Positions 40,228 through 52,858 of a DNA stretch of 64,000 nucleotides are shown piece after piece. The stretch's first letter is position 1. Each line of letters begins with the position of its first letter. The position numbers and the translations under genes were made by a program. The notes beneath the pieces are model-generated. The model worked only from the letters and a program-made list of their open reading frames with translations, searched no databases and had not been told where the DNA came from. The DNA is from Podarcis gaigeae. Taxonomy: Eukaryota. The stretch is from the NCBI GenBank assembly GCA_964106915.2, contig OZ066914.1, one strand, 5' to 3'.

Positions 40228-42259
40228 ATGCTGAATGATCTTTTCCCCAGCTACTTCTTCTGTGGTTTATGTTGTTGCCAGAGCTCAGCATCAGTAAATT
40301 CAGGAATATGTGAAGACATAATGAAACAAACAGTCCCTAAGCATATGCAGAGTGCCTTTCCTTGATCACAAAGAAATTGCACCCTGCCTCCACACCTTTG
40401 GGTTTAAGGCAGAGGGTTTTCAAGGCTTCAAAGGAGGTCTTGCCCAAACATCTTTTCAGGGAGAAATTCAAGACTAAACTGCAAAACATGAAACTATCAT
40501 AACAGAATTTGATGTGATCATTTATACTTCTGTTTCATACCTCACAAAAGCTACAGTGATGTTAGCAATGATAATGACATGGGCCAAATATAGTCATCCT
40601 ATTTTAAATAAAGAATACTGCACATATGGCATGTAGCTTCATCCCATAAACTCTAGATAATTGTTTAGAATAATAAATACTCAGCAGGCACTCACAATCC
40701 AACACAGAGTTAGGCACATTTAAGTCTGGTGGATTAATATGTGAATAGCTCTGTGTTGGACTACATCCTATGTTGTTGTTTATTAGTTGCTAATTTGTTA
40801 TTAAATTTGGGGTTATTTTATTACTCCCTAATCCAGATATATGTGTTCCAAGGCCCTGTGCAAAATATAATAAAAGCAGCTTAAAAAAAACATGAAACAG
40901 TGCAGAAATTGGAAACATTGCATATGACTTGGAAAACAATAGGAGGCACAAAATGGAACATTCTGATAGGAATTTGGCCTGTCACAGTTCCTGTGGTCCC
41001 TGCAAAACCTTGATGGTCAGTCCAGAGGAAGGAGGAAAGGTCAAGAACCAGTGGGGCTGACTAGGCTAAATTTCACATTTCCACATTTATTTACTTTTTG
41101 GCTGCCGGCTCTTAGTAATAGACAAACCCTCTGCATCCCCTTCTTACAGAGCACTTGAGAGGAGTATCCATGCGTGTATCATGAGTAATGATGTTAATGC
41201 CAGCAACACACACACACACACTTTCAGAAGTACACAGCAACAATGAAAGAGGGGCAGGATCAGGGCTGTAAGTAAACTTCCTTTGTAGGTTCTTTGAAAA
41301 AGAATAATAGCTAAGGATTAGTAAGACAAGCCATTCCTCTTTTGTTTCAAAGGATAACACCTGAATGATCATTCCAGCCAGAAAGTTTTTGATTATACAG
41401 TGCAGCACAGAAGTCATACAAGATTCTGCCTTCCTTTTTTAAACACTTTCTAGAAGGTGCTGTGATTTGTTTTTGCAATTTCTTGAAGAGATTCATGGGG
41501 TGAGTGTGGAATTGGTGAAGACTGGGAGACGGCTGGGGCACTTTGCAGGATTCCTTGCTCACAAGTAGACCTTTTGTTCCTTGACCCCTTCCCAGGATCA
41601 CCAAAAATGTCTGTGTATCACATCAGCTGTGGGCGGGTCAGAGCGACAGGCATTCCTGAGGCATCATCACTTATGATCTAAGCTTAGTAAAGGGATGCAT
41701 GCAACAGTTCTTGTCCAAGAAATGGTGATTCTGGCTCTGAACAAACATGGTGTTCATCTACACTTACCTCTTGCCCTGCACTTGCTAGGCACAGGTCTGT
41801 GCTTTAAAGTGCTATGCCAGAGTTATTTCTTTTTGCCCAGGGCTTTCCCTGCAAAAACTCGCTCTTTAATGCTGAACTGGAATAAACAACAACAATTCAG
41901 GTTTCCCACATATTGTGGTTTGCTCCAATTCAGCGGTAAAGGACTGGGCCAAAAATAAAAAGCGCTCACTTTAAGACCTGTGCCTAGAAATACCCACGGC
42001 CAGGGCAGTACCAGGAAAAGAGTGCTGGAGTGGCATAGAATGGGAGAGAGAGAAACAGGCAAACTGAGGCACAGGATTGTGTGTGGGCAACAGCACAGAG
42101 ATAGTATTGTGGGACAAAAGAGTATATATTAAGCAGAGATACCAATTTTGCCTCTCTCTCTGAGACCTGAGGAGAGTGCAAGGCTTTACCAGTGTCTCAA
42201 CACTAGAAGAAAATCCACCATCTTTACATGTGCTGTGGGCAGAGCTGTACATTATAAGG

Positions 42260-42445
42260 CAGGTGTGTCCATTCTCCATTTTGGGGGCTGGTCGGTTTAA
42301 TCTGGCCCCTGTGGCAGTTTATTTCCTGGGGTAAAAAAAACTTCAGCAACTTCAACCCTAAAAAAAGATCGGCCCTTTGGTCAGCCCTCATGGCCCTTCA
42401 CTTCATCAAATCTGCCCCTCTTTGAAAAAAGTTTGGACACCACTG
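42260..42445. mobile_element. hAT-like MITE remnant
   Basis: caggtgtgtcc ... aagtttggacaccactg with repeated internal ggccc motifs; no clear target duplication. Confidence 0.5.
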
Positions 42446-43447
42446 GGGAAACACAGAGTTGCCAACCCAGCATTTTCCTTGAACTGGGCATGGGGGACAC
42501 TTGCAAAGGAGTATTGTCAAGTGGGAGGGTGCTGACCCCTTATGAAAAGACACATGTCCCCGCCTACCTTGTGAGGTAGGACAGGTTGGGAAGCTCCTTG
42601 TGTGTGATTGACTGCCAGCACCTCCTAGGTTCCCCTGACTTTGAAGGCGGTGGGGTTTCAGAGCTATGGGGTTTCCTGAGACGAGGGAAGTAAATGCTTA
42701 TCAGGTCCACTGGTTGCCACCAGCCCAGACCCCACCCTGCTACTCCTGTTTATCCCTCCATACAAATGAGCAGCATATAAGCCACAATAGCTTGGCACTT
42801 GAGTAAGGCCAAACCTGTGAGGTAGCACAATACTGTACTTCTTCAATTCCTGGCCTATAATTCCAGCTGCTTATTAAATGATTCAAGATAAAAGAGGAAG
42901 AGGAAGAGGAGGCTGCAGAAAAAGAAAAGAAATGGCAATTTGTTTTCTAGCTAACTTTTACACAGTTTCTAAGTCAGTTTCACATTTACATAAAACTCTG
43001 CATCCTTTACAGCAGAGATGCACTGGACTCCTTTAGAGGCCCCAACAAGGAATAAGCCATATTCAGGGTGAACAGAGACAAAGACATACTCAAGCCACCT
43101 TACTTTTATGCTGTTTTCCAGAAGGGGGCTATGGGAGAGGGATGCAATCGGTAAGAGAGGATCTTTGGGTTCACCAGTTCCAGCATGTAGCAGAATAACA
43201 ATACATAACACCTTGGTAGCTCAGGGAAATAGTTTTAGGAAACCGCAAACCCAAGGCAGTCTCTCCCAGCTAGACACTGTATGGATAGGGAATTTCTAAA
43301 AATGAGAAGACATTTCTTAAAGTGATAGGAAGGTGGCGCCATTGCTTTCATCACACAGTCTTCTCCCAGGCGCCAGCTCTTCCCCTAGATTTTCACAGGC
43401 TGTTTCTCATTAGCCACACACACTCCTGACTCAAAATATGAAGTAAC

Positions 43448-43449
<2 letters not shown>

Positions 43450-43483
<34 letters not shown>
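43450..43483 (+). repeat. (GT)n microsatellite
   Basis: Direct reading of the sequence. Confidence 0.95.
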
Positions 43484-43485
<2 letters not shown>

Positions 43486-43886
43486 AGTCATGGGAAGTGC
43501 ATTTTCATAACAGCAGACCTAGGAAAATTTAAGTTCCTCTACCTCCTGCCTGCTTTTGCAAGTGTCGTCTCAGCCCCTGCCTGTTCGCAACCCCGAGTCT
43601 TCACTGCCAGCATCAGGAAATTTGAGCAGTTACATCGTCTGCAATAATGCCTTCCCAGCACTCACAAGTTCGAAGCAGTCCAACACAATGTGGGGGGGAT
43701 ATCTTCCAAATGTCACCTTGCTCAACCACCTTCAGCATGAGTGCTTTGTTATTAATTATGGCTTTGGAAGAACTTCCTGTATACATTCTGCCTGAGAAGA
43801 CATAGTGAAACCACATCAGAAACTAACTGCTTTTGGTCCCCACCTTACCTTCCAAGATACGCCATACATCCCTCCTAGAAGATGGA

Positions 43887-43971
43887 CTTCTTCTTCTTCC
43901 TCCTCCTCTTCTTCCTCTTCCTGTTCTTCTTCTTCTTCTTCTTCTTCTTCTTCTTCTTCTTCTTCTTCTTC
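43887..43971 (+). repeat. (TTC)n/(TCC)n compound microsatellite
   Basis: Direct reading; it produces the spurious poly-Ser and poly-Leu ORFs. Confidence 0.95.
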
Positions 43972-44587
43972 AAGTTATACAAATACAAAATTTAAACATG
44001 AACAGTGCAGCTTATCAAAATCCAAGGCAACAAAATGTTAACATTTCAGAAAGTATTAAAAACCAAATGCATTCATATTCCTGCCAAAAAAAAAAGGCAA
44101 AAGGATGTCAGTGAGAGCAAAGGGAAAAAGCAATTTCTTCTAAGGATCCCCGGCAGGTGAAAAGCTTTACCCCTTGACTGTTCCAGCAGTCTCTCCCCTG
44201 TAGCAAGTATCAGTGAACACAGTCTGACCTAGCATAAGGCAGCTACCTCCCTGCTGACCCATCTAATCCAGTGTTGCCTGCCTGGCAGTGAGTCCCTGGG
44301 GTCTCAGGCAGACCCTCATCACCTGCTATCTGATTCTTCCATCCTGAGGGATCCAAGACCCTTGACATGCAAATTGTGGCTGCTTTACTGCTGAGCTAGG
44401 CCTAGGAGGTGCCAACTCCATTCCTCATCTCCCCCACCCTGGCCTATTCATTCTTAAGTGACTTTGCCCATGGTTGCTCTGTGAGGGACTCTGAAAGACA
44501 CAGCTACTCTTGGATAGAAGATGCCATGGAGGGACAAGCTAAGGAAATAATCCTATCTCTGGAATACCTGTGCATTTCACAGGGAAG

Positions 44588-45260
44588 CCAAAATGCTTGC
44601 TTACAAAGCTATTGTACTACCAACCTTACTATATGCTTGTGAAACATGGACCACTTATAAACGCCATCTCCAACTCCTTGAAAGATTCCATAAACGGTGT
44701 CTCCGAAAAAAAATACATATGACTTGGAAAGACAGGTGAACTAATGTCACTGTACTGGAAGAAACAAAGATCACCAGTGTCAAAGCAATGATTTTTCAAC
44801 ATCAACTTCATTGGACTGGTCATGTCATTCAGATGCCTGATTATCGTCTTCCAAAGCAACTACTCTATTCCCAACTTAAGAATGGAAAGTGTAATCCCGG
44901 TGGACCACAAAAGAGGTTTAAAGTCGCTCTCAAGGCATATATTCAAAACTCTAGTATAAACACTGACAACTGGGAATCACTGGCTTGCAAGCGCTCTGAT
45001 TGGAGAACAGCCTTTACCAGAGGTGTCATGGGCTTTGAAGACACTTGAACTCAGGACGCAAGGGAGAAATGTGCTAAGAGGAAGGCACGCTTGGCAAATC
45101 CCCACCGTGATCAACTACCGCACAGAAACCAATGTCCCCACTGTGGAAGGACGTGTGGATCCAGAATTGGCCTCCACAGTCACTTACAGACTCATTGTTA
45201 AAACTGTGTTTATGGAAGACAATCTTACTTGGCTACAAGTGATCACCAAAAAAGAAGAAG
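44588..45260 (+). mobile_element. RTE-clade LINE 3' portion, 5'-truncated
   Basis: One frame reads YKAIVLPTLLYACETW...QLHWTGHVIQMPDYRLPKQLLYSQL...GGPQKRFK...CPHCGRTCGSRIGLHSHLQTHC*. Two in-frame TGA codons (44737, 45046); (GAA) tail. Confidence 0.9.
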
Positions 45261-48200
45261 TATTCAGACAATTGCCTTCCGAACCGAAAGAGCGATGGCA
45301 AGGCTGTCCATTTCTAGTGCCTGAGATAAAAAAACAAAACAAAAAAACAAATGGCATCCCTTGTGCTAAACGAAATAAACAGGAAGTCCATAAGAACACA
45401 ATGGTGACCTATATCAAAATCAATTTGTGTATAAATGTTTTTGCCCTCACTGAAGAACAAAAAACTCCCACTTGATTGTGGACCTGACTTTAAGGTCTGC
45501 CACCTCCTTCAGGGCTGTGCTTGAAGTCATATCCATTTGTGCTAACAGACACAATTAGTGCCTTGCACAGTGTGGGGCTTCCATAGATCCTGCCTGAGGT
45601 AACAAAGCATTTATTGGAGAGCGTTATTGATGTGGCAGGCAGAGGGCCCCCTCAGACTGTGCAATCTTTATGTAGTCAGGGAAGAAGAACCTGAAGTGGA
45701 TTTGTTTACATTTTTTGCTCCCCAAACAGGGCTTTGGAACACAAGCCCTCTGAATGTTTCATTTTCTCTTACATCATTTTTCATGGCCCTGGGACTAAGC
45801 TGACTCTTCATGTACTCTTCACAGGAGATTTGTCTTCTTCCCTGTCATTTGTGGATGCCGCGGACGGAGAACTTGTTAGGTGAGTGAAGAGCTTGCGTAA
45901 CTGGTAGTCACTAGAATCCTGTGTCTTTTTTTTTTTTTTTTTTTGGTAATGCTAATATAAAGATGTTTTGCCACTTTCCAAAAGACATCAAGCTCTTCAG
46001 TTCCTTCTATGACCTTTGCACTGAATGATCTCTCATTGTACATGCCTCAGTACCTGCAGGTTTGACAACACACACACACACATCAAGATCTTCAATTACA
46101 CAAATGATGTAGATGATTTTGTTGAAATATAACATCCTTTTATGAAATACTTTACTGATAACCCTGAAGAATGGCAACCACCGAAATCACAGATTGAACT
46201 CTGGCAAACTTAAATAGACTGATCAGTCCTGGAGTGGGTGGGTGGGTGGGGTGTAAATTGGGGTTTTGATTTTGCATTTTCTCTCTCTTTTTAAAATTTT
46301 ATTTTATTTTATTGCTGCTATATATTGAAAATCAATAAAACCTTTTTAAAAAGAACTTCAATGCACTGTTGGCAATGTGATTAGTATTGTCATGAAATTG
46401 AAGTTGAACTAAATGGGTTTTGGGGGTTCACCCTTCTGACTGCTTGTGGGAAAAAGACTGCTGAAAGAGACACTAGGTGGACAAACTTAGCCTGGCAGAT
46501 TCTCTTTTGCTGGGAGAAAGTGTCTTTGAATGACTCCACTGTTCTTATGCAAAGGCCACCAACCTCACCACTGGTTCTTTCTCTATCTCTTTCTCCAGGA
46601 GATCACAATGTGAGATTATGTCTTTCTGCTGGAAAAGCTGGCAACTGACACCTAAACAAATAAATCTGTTATTACCTCCAGTGGCAATGAAAGCCCTATC
46701 GGTTACTGGGTTCACCAATTCCCCCTCCACTGTAAAGAACCCCAAAAGTTATGAAGGACCATATGTACTTCAGGCTTCTGCTGGAAAAGTGAATAAGGAA
46801 CCAAATGCCATTCACATAAGGAACAACCACCAGTTCCCTCCTCCATCAGCAGCTCCTACACAATCTATTCCAACCCCTTTCAGGCAGGGAGAGTTGCAAA
46901 AGGAAAAGGGGGTGGGAAAGTCCTATTTCATGAATGTGAGCCCCGTTCCATTCACAAAAAGGATAGTTCGGATCCAGTCCATAATCTTAGGTGTATTTGT
47001 AAATGCACCATCTGTTAAATGTACGTTGTCATGGATACATTTGTGGGTGGCACTCCTGGGTGAATGATAGAAGCTATGCAATACCACCATTTGCTTATGA
47101 CTATCACTGTGTGGAGAAAGTAGGGAAGGGCTGGAGGAGAAAGGAGGTTGGAACCTTTTTTCTGTGATCTAAAACCACTCACCCACCAGTGCTGCTATTA
47201 GCTCCACCACAGGAAAACAAAGGCACATGCATCATAGGTCTGCCTTTTTTTTAACCCTTGCAGAGCAAACTGCAACCCTACAATGTAGATTGGTGAACCA
47301 ATGGAGAACAGGGTTAAGACCTAGTATTCAAAGCACCTGTGAGGGGCTGCTGATTAGCATTGCAAATGCAAGTAACCCTGCTCCCCGCAGCACATTTAGT
47401 TTGACCTTCAATTGATTTTAGACATTTTCTCAGCCCAACAGTCAGGCCTATAGTTGTACTTAACAAACGTAGAATTCTCTTACGTTGTGGTGAGATAAAC
47501 TTAGGGTATTCTCCCCCCAATAGGAAGATGGATGCCTAGTCCAAGACTCTCCTGATCTTGATAAGGATCTTGTATAGAGCAAGTAGTCTTGTAGTAGTTA
47601 CGATATCAAGGAAAGCTTCACGAGAGCAATTTAAACCATCTAAGTTGACTTTATGCTTTCAGGTCACCCCGTCCCAGGCTCATCCCCTTCCTTAAGGAAA
47701 GGAAGATCTTCAAGGGACTTGCCCACTCATGAGGCAAGGCAAGACGACCACCTTGGGTAGCAGGATCCACAGAATCCAGCCTCCAAGGAATGCACCCGCT
47801 GCTGCTGCTGCTGCTGCTGCTGCTGTCGCAGTGCCAGCAACAGCTGTTGCATGCTTCTTGGAGGGAGGATCATCTGCCTCCTCGCCAGTTGTCTCCACAA
47901 CAGCTTCTCAGGGAATAGGAGGCACTGCTGGTCTCCTCTTCCGCCTAGAGCTGCTCTTTGGGGTCTCCTGGGCTCTGCAGCTTCCCAGTATGATTCAGAA
48001 CTGGCCGGCTTACAGTCTATACTCCTTCCCCTTTCTGACTCCAGTTGAGTCATCTCTACAAATGGGAGAGCTGCAGGTGCCTGACATAGAGGGAGACAGT
48101 TCCTGGTGTGGGCCAAGGCTTGAAGGTTATGGCGTGTGGCTCTCATCTGGGCATGATGTTGCTTCCTGGGTAGCCTTCTAGCACCTCTGGCTCCTGCACT

Positions 48201-48668
48201 ACTGGCCTGAAAGGTCCAGTCAGGCCTGCACTTCTGAGTCGGCAGGTGGAGTGAGGACTACTTCTCAAGACTGGGGTTCTGACAAAAACTGCTAACTAAT
48301 CTAGCACCGCAAAGCTGATCCACAAATAGGCTGAGGGAGGCTCAAAGCAGTTCAAGGTCAGTTTAAACCTTCATGGGTTTTCCACTCCCTGTCTCCATTG
48401 ACATACCTTTCCCTATTGTTGTTGTTTATGAATCTTGGCTACACCCACCATTTTTCCCCAGGGGAAAGGCTGATTCCTGATAAAAGCAAGACCCTTGCTG
48501 TTTTGCTTCAGCACAGCTTAGACGGTTAAGTTGTCTTGTGGATTCCATATGGATTCTCCTTGCTGAATGTGCACACGCACACTGAGCATAAGAATTTATA
48601 AAAGGGTGGTCTGATGAAAGCCAGCATATTGTCTTATTTCAGAACAATCCACAATCTGCTTAAATACA

Positions 48669-48898
48669 TAGTGGAACCTTGGGTTGTGGACGTAATCCGT
48701 GATGGAAGCACATCTGCAACCCGCAGCATTTGTAACCTGCAGCGCCACGTCTGCGCACGGGCGTGACGCGATTTGGCGCTTCTGCACATGCACAAGTGAC
48801 GAAACCCGGAAGTAACCCTTTCCAGTACTTCCGGGTTTCCCGCAGTCCACAACCCGAAAACACGTAACCCAAAGCATTTGTAACCCAAGGTACCACTG
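48669..48898. mobile_element. Tc1/mariner (pogo/Tigger-like) MITE sharing terminal repeats with the 24851 element but with a different interior
   Basis: tagtggaaccttgggtt ... aacccaaggtaccactg|TA; CpG-rich interior. Confidence 0.85.
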
Positions 48899-51800
48899 TA
48901 CAGTACACGACTTGCATTTCTGGATCAGAGCAAGGTCCATTTCCCAAGAACTTTATATTAAATGGATTTCCACAGTAGTGACCAGCCAGATTGCACAGAG
49001 CACTCATGGCGGATCTGAGCATAAATGTGGCAGCATCCACAGTTGTTTGCCTAGTTGTGGCTAATTAGAAGAATTCTGCCTTTTCATTTAGGCCATGGGT
49101 CTAACAGCCCTGGTGGAACTATCCTATGTACCAGTTATCCCAAATGGGAGAAAGCAGTTCTTCTGTGATAAGACATGTCATATGCATGATCAGTTTGGGA
49201 GGTGAAGGAGTAAATCCACATCCAGAGTTAAGCACACCCTCTGGGTGGATCTACACCTGGGGGGTAACTCTATGGAAAATCACAAAGAAATTTCTTTGCT
49301 TTCCAGAACCATCTAGTGTTGCATGTTCATAACTCATTCAAAACACAGTTTTTTGACTAATGGATCCGAGTCCTCTGTGTCCCTTGAAATACTACCAGGT
49401 CTCACTAGCCAGGGATTGTGCTAGCAACAACACTCCCATACTTCCCACACATGGAGGGAGCTAGTGAACCCATGACATTGAGGAGTCTCCCCATCACAAA
49501 CCCCTATATCAAATCCATGCCCATCACATGCAAAGTAACACCACAAGAACCCTCCTTCCTGATCATCTCCAATGGCACAACCTTGGTCCTTCCAAGTCCC
49601 CAGGCATCCTTTAGGCAAGGATCTCAAGTCTACTTACACTGCTCATGTGTTGTGTTTTAGAGCACGATAAACACACAATGGGGAGGAAGGACACAGAGCC
49701 TAGCACCCACACAGCTTCCTGGACAAGAGTTCTGGGGCAAAGGTTAAAGACCCACCCAGAAAGAAAAAAAGAAAGCCAGGGGAGAGCCAAGACACTCAAC
49801 AGGGGGAATCACAGGCACACCCTGATGACAGCAAACACAGCCTCCCCTTCCAGTGACTCACTCAGCGTCACTCTGTAGGAAAGAGGAACTGGGAAGCAGG
49901 AGAGGAGTGTTTGAGCCCCACCAGGCAGAATCTGAAAGAGAAGGTGCTCCCACTCACCTTTTGAAAGGTCTGGTGCAGGGGAACCAGTCATGTCAAGGCA
50001 AATGGGAGCTTCTGGAACTGAAACCTTTTCTGTAAGCTCTGCAGAGAAGTTCCCTACCCTTTTACCCACAGTAACAGACAGGAATCAGACAAATAATGGG
50101 GAACTAGTCTCTCTCCCACATCCCATAGGTTGTGCACACACTCCTGTTTACTCTGCATCCAGTGTATTCCCACTACTGGTTCTGTAAGCAGTGTTCACAA
50201 GATGTTAGCCACAATCCATATCTATCTGTTGTTTCTTAGAAAACACAGTACTTAAGAAATGTGTTTCTTATGAAATGATGCATTTCCTCTCAGCTTGAAT
50301 TGAAGTAAAGAATAACCTGGCCACAAGGGAAGCTGTTTCCTGGGCTGCCGTTCCTCCCACTTCTGAGGGCAGTGGAACTACCAAGAGGGCCCCCTCTGCC
50401 AATATTAGAGGGTCTGAACAGAAGGAGGCAGGCCTTCAGATATTGACAACAGTAGAGGAGAACAACCCATTATCTAGCTCAGTCTCTTAACACCTTGGAT
50501 TTGCTAAACTTGAGTGAATCATTGTCTTCTTGCCACTCCCAAACTGTTTTTTTCTGATTTTGATGCCCGATCAAGGAGAAGTGAGTGGTAAAGATGAAAG
50601 GCTTTCCCCCTACCTCTGTCCAAACACATATTGACAGCCTCTTGCGTGCATTGTGTGTTTCACTCACTCCAAGCTAGTCCAGTGGCCTGTTTTTCTGAAC
50701 TTGTCGTATTAATTTCTTATGGGCTTTTCTGAGTCTGGTGTCTAGCTAGGTGCTTGAAGGCCAGGCATTTGACCTGATCCTGAATGGCAGTTTATGTGTT
50801 TATATTGCACAAGCTTGAAAAATAATTTCGTTTGAAAAGATATGGAACAGATACAGAAATATTTATTAAATATAGGGTGTGCCTGATTTGTTTTTCACGT
50901 TATTAAAGCAAATGTCCCTTACTCTTTTGGAACCTACCACACAAGGATTTTCCACATTCAGGGCCACCATTTCAGATTTTAGCTGTGGTGAAGGCAAACA
51001 GATGTTAGTGGGAAAGGATTAAGGGTCTCTGTCTAGTTTAAATATATTTCAAGATTAAATTATGGCAAGAAGACTGTATTTTAAATTGTAGCGACATTTT
51101 TATACCTCATAGTAACTTTAACAGTGTCTTCAACATGAGTCAAAAGTATCATTCCTTTGAAGTGTGAGTCAAGAAAATATGCCCACTTAATGGTTTATCA
51201 CAGTAGTCAACCTGTATGTAGTGAGTAATCCAGATAGGTGTTCCTGAGAAATCATTGTTTTTGACCTTATTCTGAAACAGAGGTGGGTGGATGATGTTCC
51301 CTGACTTCCCTAAATGGACTCCCTGCCCATTAGCCCGCTTCCTGAGATCAACCCACAGCATCCTCAGCTTTCAAGGGGAGAACAGCCTTTCATCTTTAAA
51401 AACACAATTATGCAGGAAAAACTGATGAGCTCAGAAAAGACTTTTGTCTTTGGCCAGATGGACAGAGATTGTTGATGCCACACTGGACTCTAGGGGCTAT
51501 ATATTGTTAAAGGGGGGAAACCTTAAGGGAATTGGAAGGGGTGGGAAAAGGGCACTTTGGGCCTGAGGATTAGAAAACCCAGCTTCTGTTGAAGCTGTGA
51601 GCCACGGTCTATACTAGGCCTCTGCTTCAACAGGACCTGCATTCACTGGGAGAAATGAAGAAAACCAAGGAACCCGGCAGCAAAGGGATGTCTGGAAGTG
51701 AAGTTGGGTTGTTCCTCATGTTCTTACAATATAATGATATTACTGAGATGGGTAACTCTGGGAGCCATATTTCAGTGTTGGGAGTCTTAACATCCCTCAT

Positions 51801-52177
51801 CTTACAGAAAATCCTCAACTAATCAAAGATGTTGTGCCACTGCACCTTTAGGAGGCACGCCCTCATAGCAAAGGCTCTTCCCGAAACATTTGTGAAGAAT
51901 TTGGGTTGGGTTGTTTTTAATTTTCCCATGTAAAGTACCCAAGCTTAATAAAATTTAGATGATCTAGCTATTAAATGTACCCTTGATTGGAAAAAAAAAA
52001 TCCCTACTGGGATTTGTTAGAAACGCTGACAAATTAATTAAATGTTGCACATGTAGGCTACTGGGTATGCCCAAGCCATTCAGTTGACAATAAAACCCTG
52101 CACTGGCAGCGGAGAGGGAACTGGAAAAATTCAGCTGGACCTCTTCAGAACAGCCACAAGGGAAATTAGGGAAATGT

Positions 52178-52182
<5 letters not shown>

Positions 52183-52228
<46 letters not shown>
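52183..52228 (+). repeat. (CT)n microsatellite
   Basis: Direct reading of the sequence. Confidence 0.95.
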
Positions 52229-52229
<1 letters not shown>

Positions 52230-52705
52230 AGCTCTTGGTTTGGAAGAATATCACAGTTCAAAAGCCTACCAATTTACAGAGAGAAAAGTCAGGCATGCAT
52301 TAAAACTTTAGTCTGAACAAGGGAGGAATTAAGGAAGACACTCCCCCACATCCCCTTTTCCTTATCTTACATTCCTTATGGTTTTGGATTAATAGACTTA
52401 AAGGATTATGTGTGGAAATCTCAGGTAAAATGTTACTAACTGGAGTATCTGTGACAGAAGGGACTCTCCCTAAAGTATGTCACACCTCATAAAGGAAAAG
52501 CAGGAGGAGCAAAATTGTGACAAATGGGGGGGTTGGGTTTGGGTTAAAACTGGAGGAGGGAGTACAAGACTGGTGGTGACTAAAAAGGCCTTAAAAGGGT
52601 GACAGTGTTTATTAAAGCTTGCTATTCAGAAGTCAGTCCTGGATATGTTTTGCCCATGTGTTGAATTTGATTACAGCTTATGCTAAAATACATGTGCACC
52701 ACATT

Positions 52706-52858
52706 GGAAGGTTATGACTCTCCATCCTTGGAGGTTTTTAAGCAGTGGTTGGATGATCATATGCCATGGATGCTTTAGCTGAGATTCCTGCATTGCAGGG
52801 GGTTGGACTAGATGACCCTTGGGGTCCCTTCCAACTCTACAACTCCATGATTCTATGA
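52706..52858 (+). mobile_element. CR1 LINE 3' end
   Basis: tctccatccttggaggtttttaagcagtggttggat (SPSLEVFKQWLD) ... gggttggactagatgacccttggggtcccttccaactctacaactccatgattctatga. Confidence 0.85.

Noticed and set aside
43805-44114. Poly-Ser and poly-Leu ORFs
   Set aside because: Translations of the (TTC)n microsatellite.
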